A stretch of 64,000 bases of DNA from Polyangiales bacterium (GTDB taxonomy: Bacteria; Myxococcota_A; Polyangia; Polyangiales; Polyangiaceae), in the NCBI GenBank assembly GCA_038230375.1, contig JBBRNJ010000015.1, positions 59,665 to 123,664 of the forward strand, given 5' to 3'. Shown here piece by piece: positions 63,201-64,000 of the stretch. Made by a program: the position numbers and the translations under genes. A model generated the notes under the pieces. That model worked only from the letters and a program-made list of their open reading frames with translations. It did no database searches and was not told where the DNA came from. Numbering within the stretch: the stretch's first letter is position 1; each line of letters opens with the position of its first letter.

Positions 63201-64000
63201 ATGAGCAAACCGGCTGAGACCGACGAGGCCCTGCAGAGCTTCGAGCGCGTGAAGGCGAAGCTCGCCGACGTGAAGACGACCGACAGGCCGAGCGCCGACC
63301 CGCACTCTGCGGCCGTCACCGCCCTCCTGGCGTCCGATTTCCTCGATCACGCGGATCTCAAGGACAAGGTGAAGGACCACAAGGAGCTCTCCGAGGAGAG
63401 TCTTGCTGAGCTGCGTACCTTCTCCCGTGCCATCCTCCATTGCCTGGAGAAGCTCGGCGGCGACTGGTTCCCTCTCGAGGGCAAGGCCCCTCCCCTGGGC
63501 GAACTGCGCGACGACGGCGTGAAGCAGCGCGATGCGCTGGTCAAGCTGCTGGACGTCAACGTCAAGGACACGGACGTGCGCTCCATCGTGGACACCATCA
63601 AGAAGGGCGATGGCGACGTCGACCTGGTGCTCGACCTGCGTGCGCTCGCCGCCCTCGTGGACAAGCATGCGGCCAGTGTTGACGGCGCCAAGGACGGCGC
63701 TGCGAAGGGACGCGAGCTCGCGGACAAGTGCGAGGCGAAGCTGGCCGAGGACGAGCCGAAGGAGCACGCGGAGTGGCGCGACAATATCGTCCGCACATGG
63801 ACGCTGTTCGCGCCGAAATACGAGGCGATCGCCGCCGCAGCGCGCTCCGTCACGAACGAAGACCTGCGCTCCGCGAAGTTTCCGCCGCTCTACACGGTGT
63901 CGCGCGCGCGACGTACGCGCAAGCGCGGAAGCATCACCCCGCCGCCCGAGAGCCTGCGTCCGGCCATCATCAAGAACTCGAGCGAGCCGCCCAAGATCGA
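63201..64000 (+). CDS. Hypothetical helical protein, 3'-partial (not in the ORF track)
   Basis: Open frame MSKPAETDEALQSFERVKAKL... to the window end, strong codon bias, TATGTT 7 nt upstream. Confidence 0.78.
   Translation, partial: MSKPAETDEALQSFERVKAKLADVKTTDRPSADPHSAAVTALLASDFLDHADLKDKVKDHKELSEESLAELRTFSRAILHCLEKLGGDWFPLEGKAPPLGELRDDGVKQRDALVKLLDVNVKDTDVRSIVDTIKKGDGDVDLVLDLRALAALVDKHAASVDGAKDGAAKGRELADKCEAKLAEDEPKEHAEWRDNIVRTWTLFAPKYEAIAAAARSVTNEDLRSAKFPPLYTVSRARRTRKRGSITPPPESLRPAIIKNSSEPPKI

Overview
GC-rich chromosomal window with no rRNA, tRNA, CRISPR array, phage or transposase that I could see. Gene content points to a myxobacterium, probably Polyangiales (inference). Signalling genes: five membrane Ser/Thr kinases, an FHA protein, an MXAN_5187-like protein, a giant TPR protein and three two-component proteins, plus many lipoproteins. 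Housekeeping genes: lexA, trxB, ruvB, ppdK, hemL, glyA, apaG, cyaY and an iscS-iscU-iscA-hscB-hscA-fdx operon. Best candidate for an undescribed system: the isc operon is headed by a MerR-family regulator with a Cys/His-rich C-terminal tail rather than IscR. Its promoter is bracketed by two copies of a 24-bp palindrome and carries a third, different dyad over the -35. Other signals: (i) at least 14 genes have a TAnnnT hexamer only 6-10 nt before the start codon, suggesting widespread leaderless transcription; (ii) four TCGACC-type hexamer tracts lie both inside and outside coding sequence; (iii) the lexA promoter has its SOS box inside the spacer; (iv) a HisKA protein without an ATPase domain is coupled to a complete kinase; (v) several kinases have unusual periplasmic tails. 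Product calls come from motif recognition by eye, with no database search. Several starts were moved relative to the ORF track.
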